This document shows, piece by piece, positions 12,900 to 24,420 of a DNA stretch of 64,000 nt. The stretch is from Podarcis liolepis (Eukaryota). The notes beneath the pieces were generated by a model. That model saw nothing but the letters and a program-made list of their open reading frames with translations. It was not told the DNA's origin and ran no database searches. The position numbers and the translations under genes were made by a program. The stretch lies in assembly GCA_965112155.1 (NCBI GenBank), contig OZ218100.1. One strand, 5' to 3'. Numbering within the stretch: position 1 is the first letter of the stretch; every line of letters starts with the position of its first letter.

Positions 12900-13700
12900 T
12901 TTTAGCATTAGTATTACAGAGTGCAGCAGTTGCCAAGGAAACAAGTTTTGTTTTTTGCAACAACAAAAACCAACCAAACAAACAAACACCAGCTTTGTCA
13001 ATAAGTGCACACACTATATTACTTGTCTCAGCTGTCAGGGTAAATTACGCCCCTTTTGCTTCAACACGAATTCCCGTCTTTATTGGGAAGTGTGAAGTCT
13101 GTTTATTACTTGTATGAGTGACTCTGCCCCTTTTGGCATAATGTGCTCTTCTGTATGGTCAGGTGACACAAACGTACTTACCCTCACGATAATGAATTTG
13201 TTTTCCCTAATCAGGAGAGCATAAGAAAACCAACAAGGGAAATTAGAGCTCTGTGGCTCCTGCAAAATGAACGCCACAAATGTGGTAATTTCCCCCAATG
13301 AATTAGAAAGGAAGCTTCCCTGCAGAGGAAAAAATATATATTTTAGAGGAAATTTAACAGCAGCCTAGATAGCCTTTGGTTATGTGAGGAAATGGAAAGC
13401 AAACAGCTGCAATGACATTTTGTTTCCAGATAGCACAGGATAGCAATGAGTCATTTTTCCCTGCTATGCCAGAATACCTTTCCAGCATAAGAAGGCACTG
13501 AAGTGAAAGCAAATGTAGCAGAGAAATGCTTAGGGTAAATGTATGACTGGCAAGTTTTCCAAGGATGTAACATATTAAGGTGGCATAAGCTGTTACTACA
13601 ACACTCCATTTCCAATATAACCAGAATTTTGGAAGCCTTTTGATACAGGGAAAGGAAATTGCATTGCACTCTTGCATTGCAAAAAGTGCATTAAGATAGA
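12900..13700. promoter_or_regulatory. Candidate conserved non-coding element / enhancer
   Basis: No recognisable TE; RFX X-box GTTGCCAAGGAAAC at 12929-12942, TALE/Meis site CTGTCA at 13032-13037, several TAAT/ATTA cores; conservation not tested. Confidence 0.35.
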
Positions 13701-14397
13701 AATCTGTATTCAGAAACATTTGTGTAACCTTACAGAAGCCTGAACCAAGCATAGCAGAATTTGACTACCAATATAAGTAGTATAATTGGCAATATAAATC
13801 ACTTTAAGGCCATATGTAATAAACTAAAAAGCTGGAGATGTGTAATTCATAACCTGTCTGTTTCTCTGATAATGATGTACCGTAGTTTGGTTGAAAAAAT
13901 GTCACCATTGTGGACTTTTAATTGAGATAAAATACTCCAACATTTTTTGGTGGTGGTGGTTGTTTAAAAAAGAATATCTGTGTACATATTCCTTTAAATA
14001 AATAGCTTCTTGTGAAAACATTCTGAGAAACTTCTGAAATTCTGATATGTACAGATCTGGCAGTAATGGCATTTGTTATTCCACAGTCTTGCATATGTTT
14101 CAAGACCATGTCTTTCTAGAGCAGATGGCAGATTTCTTCCCAATTAAACCACTTGCTTTCTATGCTGATTTTGGTATGTACAATAATGCCATTGTGGCAG
14201 CTGTAAGGGACAGAATGTCTCATTTAAGCAAATCCATCCAGGAATTAGCATAGCAGAGTATCTTCTTGCACATTTTTGTGAATTAAAACTCCTCTGCTGT
14301 ACCCGCACTCCACCTCACCCAGTGCAGAAATGACTTTCCTACCTTTTTGCCAATCTATGATTGTAGTCATCATCATTGTCTGAGAAGCCTTGATTTA

Positions 14398-16524
14398 GGG
14401 ACTTCCGGGTTAGCGCCATCAGCAATGGCGGAGTTCCTCTGACCGAGAGGAACCCGCTCCGTGAAAATCGGGTCTTGCTGCTGCGGCGAAGGCGGAGACC
14501 CTTTAAAAATCCCAGGCAGAGGAAGCCTGGGAACATGGGATTCAGCTGACACCAGGAGCGCCTCCCCTACTCGCAGGGAAACCCCTTTTTGGGGATCCGA
14601 AGCGATGTGGGGTGAGCGGCGCGGTGTTTTGAATCAACTGCTACTTTTACGGAGTGAAGCCGCACAGCCGTTGCCGGAGAGCGCTGACTTTTTCCTGTGG
14701 ACAATTGGACTCTAAACAAGTACCCATGAGTAAAACAGAAAATTGGATTAAGAAACATTTTAATTTGGCACTGAAGCAGGAAGGTTCTAAACAGGAAGTC
14801 CGCCTTCCGCTTTTTGTAAATAGACTGAAGCAAAAATTTGCAAGCTAAAGTCTGGAAAGTCGCAGATAAAGGACTAAATTTCCTTCAGTTATAACCATCA
14901 AAACCCCTCTTGGAAGCAGGAGAAAAGGGGGGAATTCTGAATGTTCAAGCCTGCAGGAGAGAGAGTAAAGAAAAATAAATTTCCACCGTCTCAAACCTGG
15001 GAACGGGGTGTCAGAGACAGAAATTCTTGGGGAAGTTCATTGACTGTGAATGGAACATCTTTTGACAGATAGTTAAAAAAAAGAGAAACAAACTGATTCC
15101 AATGTTGCCTTTTGCAATCAAAAGATACAAAATATATGAAAAATGAAAGTAATTTTCTTTTGTTGGACCTGCTTTCAAAAGATGGATACAAATAGAAATT
15201 GTCTCCTCTAGAGGGAGCTTGTTAAATTGTTGCTGGAGTCGATCTGGGGATTTTACAGCTGCGAGATTAGGATTGTGAGACCAGACTCTGGCCTTGAATA
15301 AAAATGTGTTTAGAAGAAGTTTTGGTGCTTGCTTTTTGCAAGACAAGCGCTTTGTTGGAGCAGATGCATGAGAAGATGGATTTGATGACTGTTGCAGTCA
15401 AAAACTTTGGACAAACGGCGAATACCCATATAGAAACCATTCAGGAACCAACTCAGGAACTTGTTTTGACAGGGCAAGTGCAAGTGCAGAAGATAATGGA
15501 GGAGGTCGCTGTCGAACCTCAAGTAACACAAATGGAGAGACCCGAGGCCCTGCAGGAGCATAAGCCGCTGTTCTTGAAGATTGAATCGGGAGTGGGCCGG
15601 GGGGGTTGGAGTTGTGGGGGCTTTTAATTTTGGAGGGTCTTTGAAACATGCTTTTAAATACTTTTTGGACTACAGTGCTGAGTGTGGGGAATGGGACTGT
15701 GGGGAATGAGCTGATCTGCTGAGGGGAGATGGAGATATTTTTGGGTCGGAGTCTCCCCGAGACCTATTCCTCAATGAGAAAGGAAAGAAACTAAGAAAAA
15801 GATCAACAGAAGACAAGGTAAAGTGCAGGTATAAACAAGAAGAAGATCTGCAGAAGGGGCATGGAAGAGACTTAAGAGCCTCGGACATAAGAGCACCAGG
15901 TTGATGGACTAGATGGAATGGACAGTAAGGACTGACATAACCCGAGACCAGGAAGAAGAGACGTTGGATGAAGATTGGAAGAAAGTTTTTTAAAAAAATT
16001 ATTTTGAGAATTAGTGTAAAACTAATGAGTATTAGGAAAAATGTTGGAATGAAATTATTTGGCTTTAGTAGAAATGATATAAGGAGTTATGTATAAATAA
16101 ATATTAAGTTTTAAGCTTTAAGGTATTTTATGGTAAGATAAGGTTAAAATAAATTAAGGTAAATTGAATGACAGAACACAGTGAAAGATAGCAAGGATTT
16201 GCTGAGTGAATTAATATGTTAGACCGTTAAGATAAATTACTTAACAAAAACTGAGAAAGATGGAAAGAATTTGCTGGAAAAATTAACTAAACTAGAATAC
16301 AAAAAGGGAGGTGTGAGGAGGTCGAGGAAACAAGCAAATGAAAGATAAAGATATGGAGTATTGGATGTGTATTTTTTATTGTTGTATTGTTGTATTGGTT
16401 TTTATGTTTTTTATTTTCCTTTTTTATGTATTGAAATGCATGTCTTGTTGAATTTTTTGTTGTTTTCTTTTTTCTTTTTTTGTAATTTCTAAACTTCTAA
16501 TAAATATCTTTTTTAAAAAAAATA
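14398..16524 (+). mobile_element. Non-autonomous, internally deleted L1-clade LINE (~2.1 kb) with both ends
   Basis: TSD GAGAAGCCTTGATTTA(GG) at 14382-14399 and 16525-16542; CpG-rich 5' end GGGACTTCCGG...ATGGCGG; ORF1-like remnant 15304-15627; ORF2 C-terminal-like peptide RDQEEETLDEDWKK at 15943-15984; T-rich 3' UTR, AATAAA at 16499-16504, short A tail. Confidence 0.8.
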
Positions 16525-16941
16525 GAGAAGCCTTGATTTAGGCACCTAATCCAACACCTACATTATTTTGAAACACATTTCCAGCTCTTAAAAAAAATGG
16601 GAATATTACAGTTTGCCTCAGGAGTTTTAAATCTTCACTACTACTTGTAGACATTGTCTCACCATTTTCTCCATTTTGTCTGCCTGAATTGCAAGTGAAT
16701 CATTTCTGTGGAAGAATTATTATTTGGAGATGATCTTGAGAACATTAAAGGCTTATACTTAACCTCTATTACAACCCAGAATCAAATTAACCTCTCTCTT
16801 TCGTATAAAAGCAGCTAATGTGTTTTTCTTGTAAAATCGTGAAATCTCACATTTTGTCTCGCATATAGTGCTCATATAAATTCAGTAATATTTTTCCCCA
16901 GAACATTTCAACATTTCAATATATTTGGTTGCAAAGTATTT

Positions 16942-16958
16942 TGTGTGTGTGTGTGTAG

Positions 16959-16997
<39 letters not shown>
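16942..16997. repeat. (TG)n-(CA)n inverted microsatellite pair
   Basis: TG run, short TAGATA spacer, then CA run; self-complementary. Confidence 0.95.
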
Positions 16998-17002
<5 letters not shown>

Positions 17003-17685
17003 TTTCTTGGAAGTTTTTAACATAAAAAGCAAACAAATGCATTTACATTCATTGACTGTTCAAAGATAAAAAAGGAGAATAGTCATTTACAACTGCTGTC
17101 TATATACAGTATCAAAACATACAGATATCACTGAGATTGCATTGCATCATGAATAGCAAAAAATGGAGGGGAGGCAGGGAACCCTCTGTATGATTATGCA
17201 TCTAGCTGGCAATCCTAGAATTGTGCCAGTTGGACAGGGATAGGATTTCTACTGAACCCTATGTGCCAGTGCAACTTCATGTGATGATGACATGCAGAAA
17301 TCACAAGTGTTGGGACAGCAGAGAGGGATTTAGTGAAGGAGTGGCCAGCTTAGTCCAGATCCTCTCTTTCCTAAATAAAATCCTGCCTCCGCAACTGTGG
17401 TAACATTAAGATAGCCAAGGAACTTTTGTAAACATATACATATCCATTGATTCAGTAGAGTGTCGGCATGGTTAGTCCCCCAACACACACCTTATCCCCT
17501 TTTAAAAAGTTGATCTACTAATATTTGTCTTTCTGCCTCAGATTTAATATACACAACTTAAAAACCTAAGGATACTCGCACAAACGCACATAATTAGGTG
17601 TGACGTTAATTGCATGGAACGCACAAGAAAATCTAAGGAATACGTTTCAGTAAATGTACTTTCATAAAACCCCTTCATATGCTAC

Positions 17686-18579
17686 TGTTAGGAGTCCAGG
17701 TTCCCGACTTGATAACACAGTAAGCGTACATAATTAAAAAGGAGGATTTATTGCAAAAAGCAAGCAAATATCTCCAGATGGCTCTAGCAAGCCTCTGGCC
17801 CCCATCACTCAGTTGACCCTTCTGAGGAGTTCTTCCTGTGTTGACAGAAGAGATTGACCCTTCAACCTTGACGTTTCTTATTTTGCTTCCTGTGCAGCAG
17901 CCTTCCTATACGCCTACGCCTCGGACTTATTTGGTCAGCTGCAGCCCTTTCCTGTCTCTGTGGCTTTCCGTGCCTGTTTGGATTTCCAGGAAACTTTGGC
18001 TGTGTTCCAATCTGCTCTCCTTCCTCCCTTATCAGCTGGCCGTCCAAGGTCACAGAGACTTGATGCTGGCAGCTGTGGGCTCTCATGTGTTGGCGTAAAA
18101 GCCCAGCCTCCCTGTTCCTGACTGCATTCTGCAGCTGGCTGCGAGATTACACTTGGAGCTGGTGTGTTCGTGACAGCTACTTGCAAAAAAGGCAAATTAC
18201 ATTGAAAGGGGCTTGCAAAGTTAGCCCTCCCACTCAAAGTCACACAGCTCCTCCTGGCCCCATTCTTGTCATCCACATGTCAGCATGAATGTCTGATGGA
18301 CATGTGAGGTGAGAAAGCCTTCACACATAAGATTTCTCCTGGAACCATGTATGATCAGTGTTCTTGTATCTAATGAAGCCTCTGCACATAGATGCCTTCA
18401 TATTAACCTCAGACATTACACTCATACATGGATGGCAAATGTGTGGTCTCAGAGGAGCCATGTGACATGAGAGATGGAGTTAAAAATGCCACCCCATAGT
18501 ACAATTTAACACATGTTGTCTGTTCCTGTGAAAAAACATGGGAAGGGGGCTTAAGAATGTTTTCAGGGGAAAAAACCAT
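17686..18579 (-). mobile_element. LTR-like interspersed repeat, right boundary uncertain
   Basis: Starts TGTTAGG; TTTATT (minus-strand polyA signal) ~60 bp inside; ATATGCTACT repeated at 17677-17686 and 18580-18589. Confidence 0.35.
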
Positions 18580-19569
18580 ATATGCTACTACTGTGTCATC
18601 ATACCTGGTTTTTGCCAGGATTGCTTCTGAAGGAATTTTCTAAGACTTGACTGGTAAACACAACATAATATCGTGAACTTGTTTATCAAATCCCAATGAA
18701 CAAAATTTGGTCATGACTGACATTTCCTTCCAACAACATCTATCCTTCCCATAAAGAAAAATCTGTCATTCGATAAAATATATGAGCTGCATCACCTGCA
18801 CTCTCACCGACACCCCACATAAGCACCCACAAAGTTAAGGGTAATTTTTATCAATCTTGTTATCAAGTTCATCAACCCAGTCTAATTATCTACTTGCTAA
18901 TCAGAAATATTCATTTATCTGTGTCTAGCTGCTTATCCATCATCTCTTGCTGAACTTAATCAAAGTTGTTGACTTTATTTTACTAAGTATCTGATTTATT
19001 TTCAACTTTAATCACCCTGTTCTCTGCTTACTTATTCAAAAGTTCAAAACTTTATTGTCTAAAAAAGTTTGCATTTATGTTATCGTGTGGGGTCTGTTGG
19101 TTACACGTTATTCTCCCTGCTTCCAAGTTAATTCTACTGATGGTTTAGTTTGTTTAATGTATATTTTAATATTGTTCTCCCTTTGGAGAGCTTCACTTTG
19201 AGAACTTGAAAATTCAGGTTGAAAGGCAAGCTTGATCTTTTATCAATGCAGTAAATTGGATTCTATGCTACTTCTGTAATGTTTGGAAATCACAATGATG
19301 GTAGTGATAAGAAGACTTCATGGGCTAAGTGCCAATATAAGCTCTCCAGTTCCTGATGGAGTTGGCTTGGGAACATACCACATGACATACTCCCTCCTAC
19401 ATGCTCTCTCTTATCCTATTATTACCGGAGTGGTTAGGAACCCAAGCCCTATCTACTCTAATATTATGTTTTCATAGTGGCCAGTAAGCTGAGCATTGCC
19501 CACATACATGAGTGCAGTAGCACTTTTATGCAAGAATGACTTGCCGAGTGACTTGTCTGGTGGGATGGA

Positions 19570-19832
19570 GATAATGATGATGATGATACATCATCTGGCT
19601 CCCAACAGAATATTAAAAACATGATAAAACATCAAACATTAAAAACTTCAGATGTCTTCTATAAGTCAGACCATTATTTATTTCCTTGACATCTGATGGG
19701 AGGGCATTCCACAGGGTGGGCACCACTACCGAGAAGGCCCTCTGCCTGGTTCCCTGTGCCCTCACTTCTCACAGTGAGGGAATGACCAGAAGGCCCTCGG
19801 AGCTGGATCCCAGTGTCTGGGCTGAACAATGG
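19570..19832 (-). mobile_element. L2 LINE 3' fragment
   Basis: Reverse-complementary to 5790-6000 (GGAACCAGGCAGAGGGCCTTCTCGGTAGTGGTGCCCACCCTGTGGAATGCCCTCCC). Confidence 0.8.
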
Positions 19833-20415
19833 AGCAATAAGCTCCTGGCAGCACCATCACTGCCCTATACCATGAGGAGTGAGGCAGCAGTAAGCTTGGG
19901 AGGACCGGATGCACCAGCTGGAGCACTGGATTGGTTCCACCAAAGCATCCACACGGCCCTGACCTTCTCAACCTTCCCCTCTTGATGAGTGGTGGCAATG
20001 TTGCTGCTCCTGAAGCTCTGCTGTTGCAGTTCTGCCTCACCAGGTGAGCCACTCCTGCTCTTATGGTAACTCTTACAGTAACGTGTATGTATGTGTCCAA
20101 AATGTCCACCTGACACGTTTGGCTGTAATCATAAGAAGGCATCACACAATCAGAAGAATTCAATGTCGTGCTAAAATGTTCTGCCCATGCAAGTATTTTT
20201 GACTGCTCAACCGAGCTACCTCCCTGTCCCTCCCTCTTGCTCTCACCATAGCCAATTGGGATGGGGGGGGGGGTTGTGAAGGCACACAGGGAGAGGAGAG
20301 GAAGGAATGCTCCATTGCACTAGTAGCAGCCCTTGCACTGGTTCTGACTAGGTGAACTACATAATTGAATCAGTCAATATTCCAAATGTACATAAATGTT
20401 CCCCAAAATGTGCCC

Positions 20416-20774
20416 TAAAGGTAAAGGTACCCCTGTCCGTACGGGCCAGTCTTGACACACTCTAGGGTTGTGCGCCCATCTCACTCAAGAGGCCGGGGGC
20501 CAGCACTGTCCGGAGACACTTCCGGGTCACATGGCCAGTGTGACAAAGCTGCATCTGGCGAGCCAGCGCAGCACACAGAAACACCGTTTACCTTCCCGCC
20601 AGTAAACGGTCCCTATTTATCTACTTGCACCCGGGGGTGCTTTTGAACTGCTAGGTTGGCAGGCGCTGGGACCGAGCAGTGGGAGCGCACCCCGCCGCAG
20701 GGATTCGAACCGCCGACCTTTCGATGGGCAAGCCCTAGGCGCTGAGGCTTTTACCCACAGCGCCACCCGCGTCC
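20416..20774 (-). mobile_element. Sauria SINE (Squam1), full length
   Basis: tRNA-like head with GGTTCGAATCC box B on minus strand; ACCTTT-repeat tail; many CpGs retained. Confidence 0.92.
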
Positions 20775-21373
20775 TACAGCTTGATAATTACAAAGAAAAA
20801 AAAAGATCTGATTAATTCCCGTGTGGAATGCTTTAATTTTCCAAACCCATGTGTTTCCCAAAAGTGGGACAAAATATATCCTTCAGACATTTTGCAAATT
20901 TAACATTTAATTTTTCAATCAACTGATATACCCTTATAAAGATAGGCTGAAATCTGTGTATACCTACCTAGTCCTTGCACTCTCCATAAATTCTGCATTT
21001 TCATAAGCAGACACTCTGTAAAAGCTTTTATGAGAAAATATGGTTGAGGACAGAGACAGCTGGCATTTAAATTAGCCAAGTGAAAGAAATTACTCTTACT
21101 CATTCACCAGATGCTTTTATTCATATATAAATTTTTAAATTAATAATTTCATAATGCTATGCAATCCACACTGTTTTGCTCACTGACCTTAACAAGCTTT
21201 GACATCTTTTTTCATTACATCCAAAGAGTGCAGCACACTTTGCCAACTTCCATTTTGATGAAACATTCTAACAAGGGGAGAGAGGGAGCCAGCATCCACA
21301 AGCATGTTATGAAAAGTTTTGGTAAGTTATTTCTGCTTCCGGTTTAGAATCAGAATCCCAAGAAAGTCAGAGA

Positions 21374-21400
21374 TAGGTAGGTAGGTAGGTAGGTAGGTAG
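21374..21400. repeat. (TAGG)n microsatellite
   Basis: Tetranucleotide run. Confidence 0.95.
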
Positions 21401-22854
21401 CTATATGCTATCTGTAAAATAAAAATATTTTAAAAATCTTGTATTCATCTTCTTTTCAGTATGTATTTTGATTCACATCAGGGCTGGCTGAGGGATGGAC
21501 TTTGGTAAACTTTCATAATATGGCACCCTGTGCATGACCAAAATTTGGTGCCTTCAAATGGATCTTCTCAAATTATGGATCTTCTCAATTTTGCATCCCT
21601 CAGCTCGGTGCCCGGTGCAAGGAAACTGCCTGCACTGCCCTAAATCTGGTGCTTGTAGGCTAGGCTGCAAGCTTTTTGCATCCTCCCCAAACTGCCCCTG
21701 ATATAGCCTTTTTTTAAAAAAGCCAATATTAACCTATTTTCTGCTTTCTCCTCTTCCACAATAGGCCTTGGGGCATCTAAAACACCTTCAAGTCTCTCAA
21801 CTGAGCACCTCTTCTTGCTTTTAAAAGGACTTCTTCTCCATCTGACATTGTAGTAAACAGCTCCGGGAACAAGACGCAAGGAAACCATCATTGTCTTTCT
21901 GCTGCTGTGTATATGTGTGTGTGTTGTTAAATGTCTGCTGAGTTTGTTTCCACCCCACCCACCCACCCACTGCATGTGTGTATCTGCTGTATGTGGAGGT
22001 GTGCTCATGAGAATGGTTGTGTGCATGCACTCAGAGGGGTGGCCAGTCCTCAGTGTGGCCTTCAAGCCAGAAAGGGATAGCTGCTCTGTTCTGGCCAAGC
22101 TGCCTAGCCACCTGCTAAAATCTTGGTTGTTTGTGTGCTCTTCAGTACGGAAGAACCTATGATGCTTTGACATACTAGTATATGCCATATGTATGTGCAT
22201 AGAACCTAAATATATTTCATGTTCAACATTATAGCAAGAGTGACTTCAGTTATCTGACCTAAAAAAGAAAAGAAAAGAAAAGAAAAGGAAGACAGCCTAG
22301 ATCATCAGTTATACTTTGCTTAAGTGTGTACTTCCAAATTATTAACACTGCTGTAGCTGTTGGAGACCTAAAGGTATTCTCTGATCTGATACTCTAAGAT
22401 CAGTATGCTTTATGTGCAGTGAAAACCATCTGCAGATCATAAAAGACAGAAATAATAACCCTGCCAAGCAGGTTGCTTCAGAGCAGGTTACTCCATAGAG
22501 TGCTTTGGAAGAACTCTCATTTTTTCTGACATAAAACAGTGGCGTTTCAATATTTTCTTTTGTGCAGGCTGTGATTCAGAAACGAAAAGTACAGTAGCAG
22601 TCCTGGAACTTCTACTGCTCTATATGTATCATGCAACATTCAATTTTTTGAACAGATGCATGTTTTGTAGGTATTTGAGAACACCTCGTGTCATGGCCCC
22701 ACAGGTTTACAAACTGAGAAACAGGTTAGGAATCAATTGCAGTCAAATATCTTAAAGCCTTCAATTGTACCCCTGATGAAGATCCTTCAAGTTAAAAGAA
22801 ACTAGATTTTTAATCTAAGCCAGCATTTCTTGGCCTATGGAGCAGAGCTACCTA

Positions 22855-23198
22855 GGATGCGAGTGGCGCTGTGGTCGAAACCACTGAGCCTCTGGGGCTT
22901 GCTGATTGGAAGGTCAGTGGTTCGAATCCCCACAACGGGGTGAGCTCCCATTGCTCTGTCCCAGCTTCTGCCAACCCAACTGGTGTTCAAAAGCACACCA
23001 GTGCAAGTACATAAATAGGTACCGCTACAGCGGGAAGGTAAATGCCGTTTCCGTGCACTCTGGCTTCCATCGCAGTGTTCCATTGTACCAGAAGCAGTTT
23101 AGTCATGCTAGTCACATGATCCAGAAAGCTCTCTGTGGACAAACACCATCTCCCTCAGCCTGAAACAAGATGAGCGCCGCACCCCATAATCGCCTTTG
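22855..23198 (+). mobile_element. Sauria SINE, tail eroded
   Basis: Box A TGGCGCTGTGG, box B GGTTCGAATCC and typical body. Confidence 0.9.
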
Positions 23199-23463
23199 TT
23201 GGTGTATAAGCAAGGCCATTCAAAGATTTTTGCATGCCATTGTTAACCAAAAGGCTGAGGTCCTATGCACACCTCCCTGGAAGAAAATATCACTGAATTC
23301 GATGGGGGTTATTTCTAAGTAGGCATGTGTAAGATTGTGTTGTAAGGCTTGCAGTTTTCAGATGTATCAAATGTGAGCCCATCAGGATTGCTAAAGGAAA
23401 GACTCCGGGTTCGCAGCATAAGTGGCACAATGTTAGCAGATGTGAAAGATGAACTACCTTGTA

Positions 23464-23817
23464 AGTAAAGGTAAAGGGACCCCTGACCATTAGGTCCAAT
23501 CGCGGACGACTCGGGGGGTGCGGCGCTCATCTCGCTTTATTGGCTGAGGGAGCCGGCATACAGCTTCTGGGTCATGTGGTCAGCATGACTAAGCCGCTTC
23601 TGGCAAACCAGAGCAGCGCATGGAAACGCCGTTTACCTTCCCGCCGGAGCGGTACCTATTTATCTACTTGCACTTTGAGGTGCTTTCAAACTGCTAGGTT
23701 GGCAGGAGCAGGGACCGAGCAACGGGAGCTCACCCCGTCACGGGGATTCAAACAGCCGACCTTCTGATCGGCAAGTCCTAGGCTCTGTGGTTTAACCCAC
23801 AGCGCCACCCGCGTCCC
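23464..23817 (-). mobile_element. Sauria SINE, full length with 14-bp TSD
   Basis: TGAACTACCTTGTA at 23450-23463 and 23820-23833; ACCTTT tail. Confidence 0.95.
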
Positions 23818-23889
23818 ACTGAACTACCTTGTAGGAAGTACCTATTACTGGAGATTCCATTCCCAGCTTTGTGCAAGGAATACTTTTTC

Positions 23890-24420
23890 TCCAGGGCTTT
23901 AAAGGGCTTTAAAGGTGAGCATTAACTGTGAATTGTGCCCAGAAACATACAGTGGTGCCTCGCAAGACGAAATTAATCCGTTCCGCGAGTCTCTTCGTCT
24001 TGCGGTTTTTTCGTCTTGCGAAGCACGGCTATTAGCGGCTTAGCGGCGCTTATTGGCTTAGCGGCTTAGCTATTAACGGCTTAGCGGCTTTAAGAAAAAG
24101 GAAACAAACTCGCAAGAACTCGCAAGACGTTTCGTCTTGCAAAGCAAGCCCATAAGGAAATTCGTCTTGCGGAACGACTCAAAAAACGGAAAACTCTTTC
24201 GTCTAGTGAGTTTTTCGTCTTGCGAGGCATTCGTCTTGCGGGGCACCACTGTACTGGGAGCCAATGAAGATCCTTTAGGGTCGGTGTTATATAGTTCCAG
24301 TGGCCGCTCCCAGCCTAACTGCTGCATTCTGGATTCGTTGTAGTTTCTGAGTCACTTTCAAAGGTAGCCCCACATAGAGTGTGTTGCAGTAGTTCAAACA
24401 TGCATGCCCCATTCTGGCGA
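23890..24420 (-). mobile_element. L2 ORF2 fragment split by a MITE
   Basis: LNYCNTLYVGLPLKVTQKLQRIQNAAVRL; removing the MITE and one TA rejoins HWLPV-CFWAQF. Confidence 0.85.
23950..24251 (+). mobile_element. Tc1/mariner-type MITE (CAGTGGTGCCTCGCAAGACG family)
   Basis: TIR CAGTGGTGCCTCGCAAGACGAA / TTCGTCTTGCGGGGCACCACTG; TA TSD at 23948-23949 and 24252-24253; internal TAGCGGCT tandem array. Confidence 0.95.

Noticed and set aside
14398-14700. CpG island suggesting a host gene promoter (also 6105-6511)
   Set aside because: Both CpG-rich patches lie inside TSD-bounded mobile elements.
21640-22200. 186-aa minus-strand ORF and a plus-strand acceptor-like site near 21764
   Set aside because: The ORF runs through TG-rich low-complexity sequence; all plus frames after the acceptor stop quickly.
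22774-22805. CTGATGA...GAAAC hammerhead-like words (also CTGATGA on minus near 36671-36677)
   Set aside because: No supporting stem I or stem II pairing at 22774, and no downstream GAAA at 36671.
24025-24090. Short regularly repeated units resembling a CRISPR-like array
   Set aside because: 8-bp tandem units with no unique spacers, inside a eukaryotic MITE.
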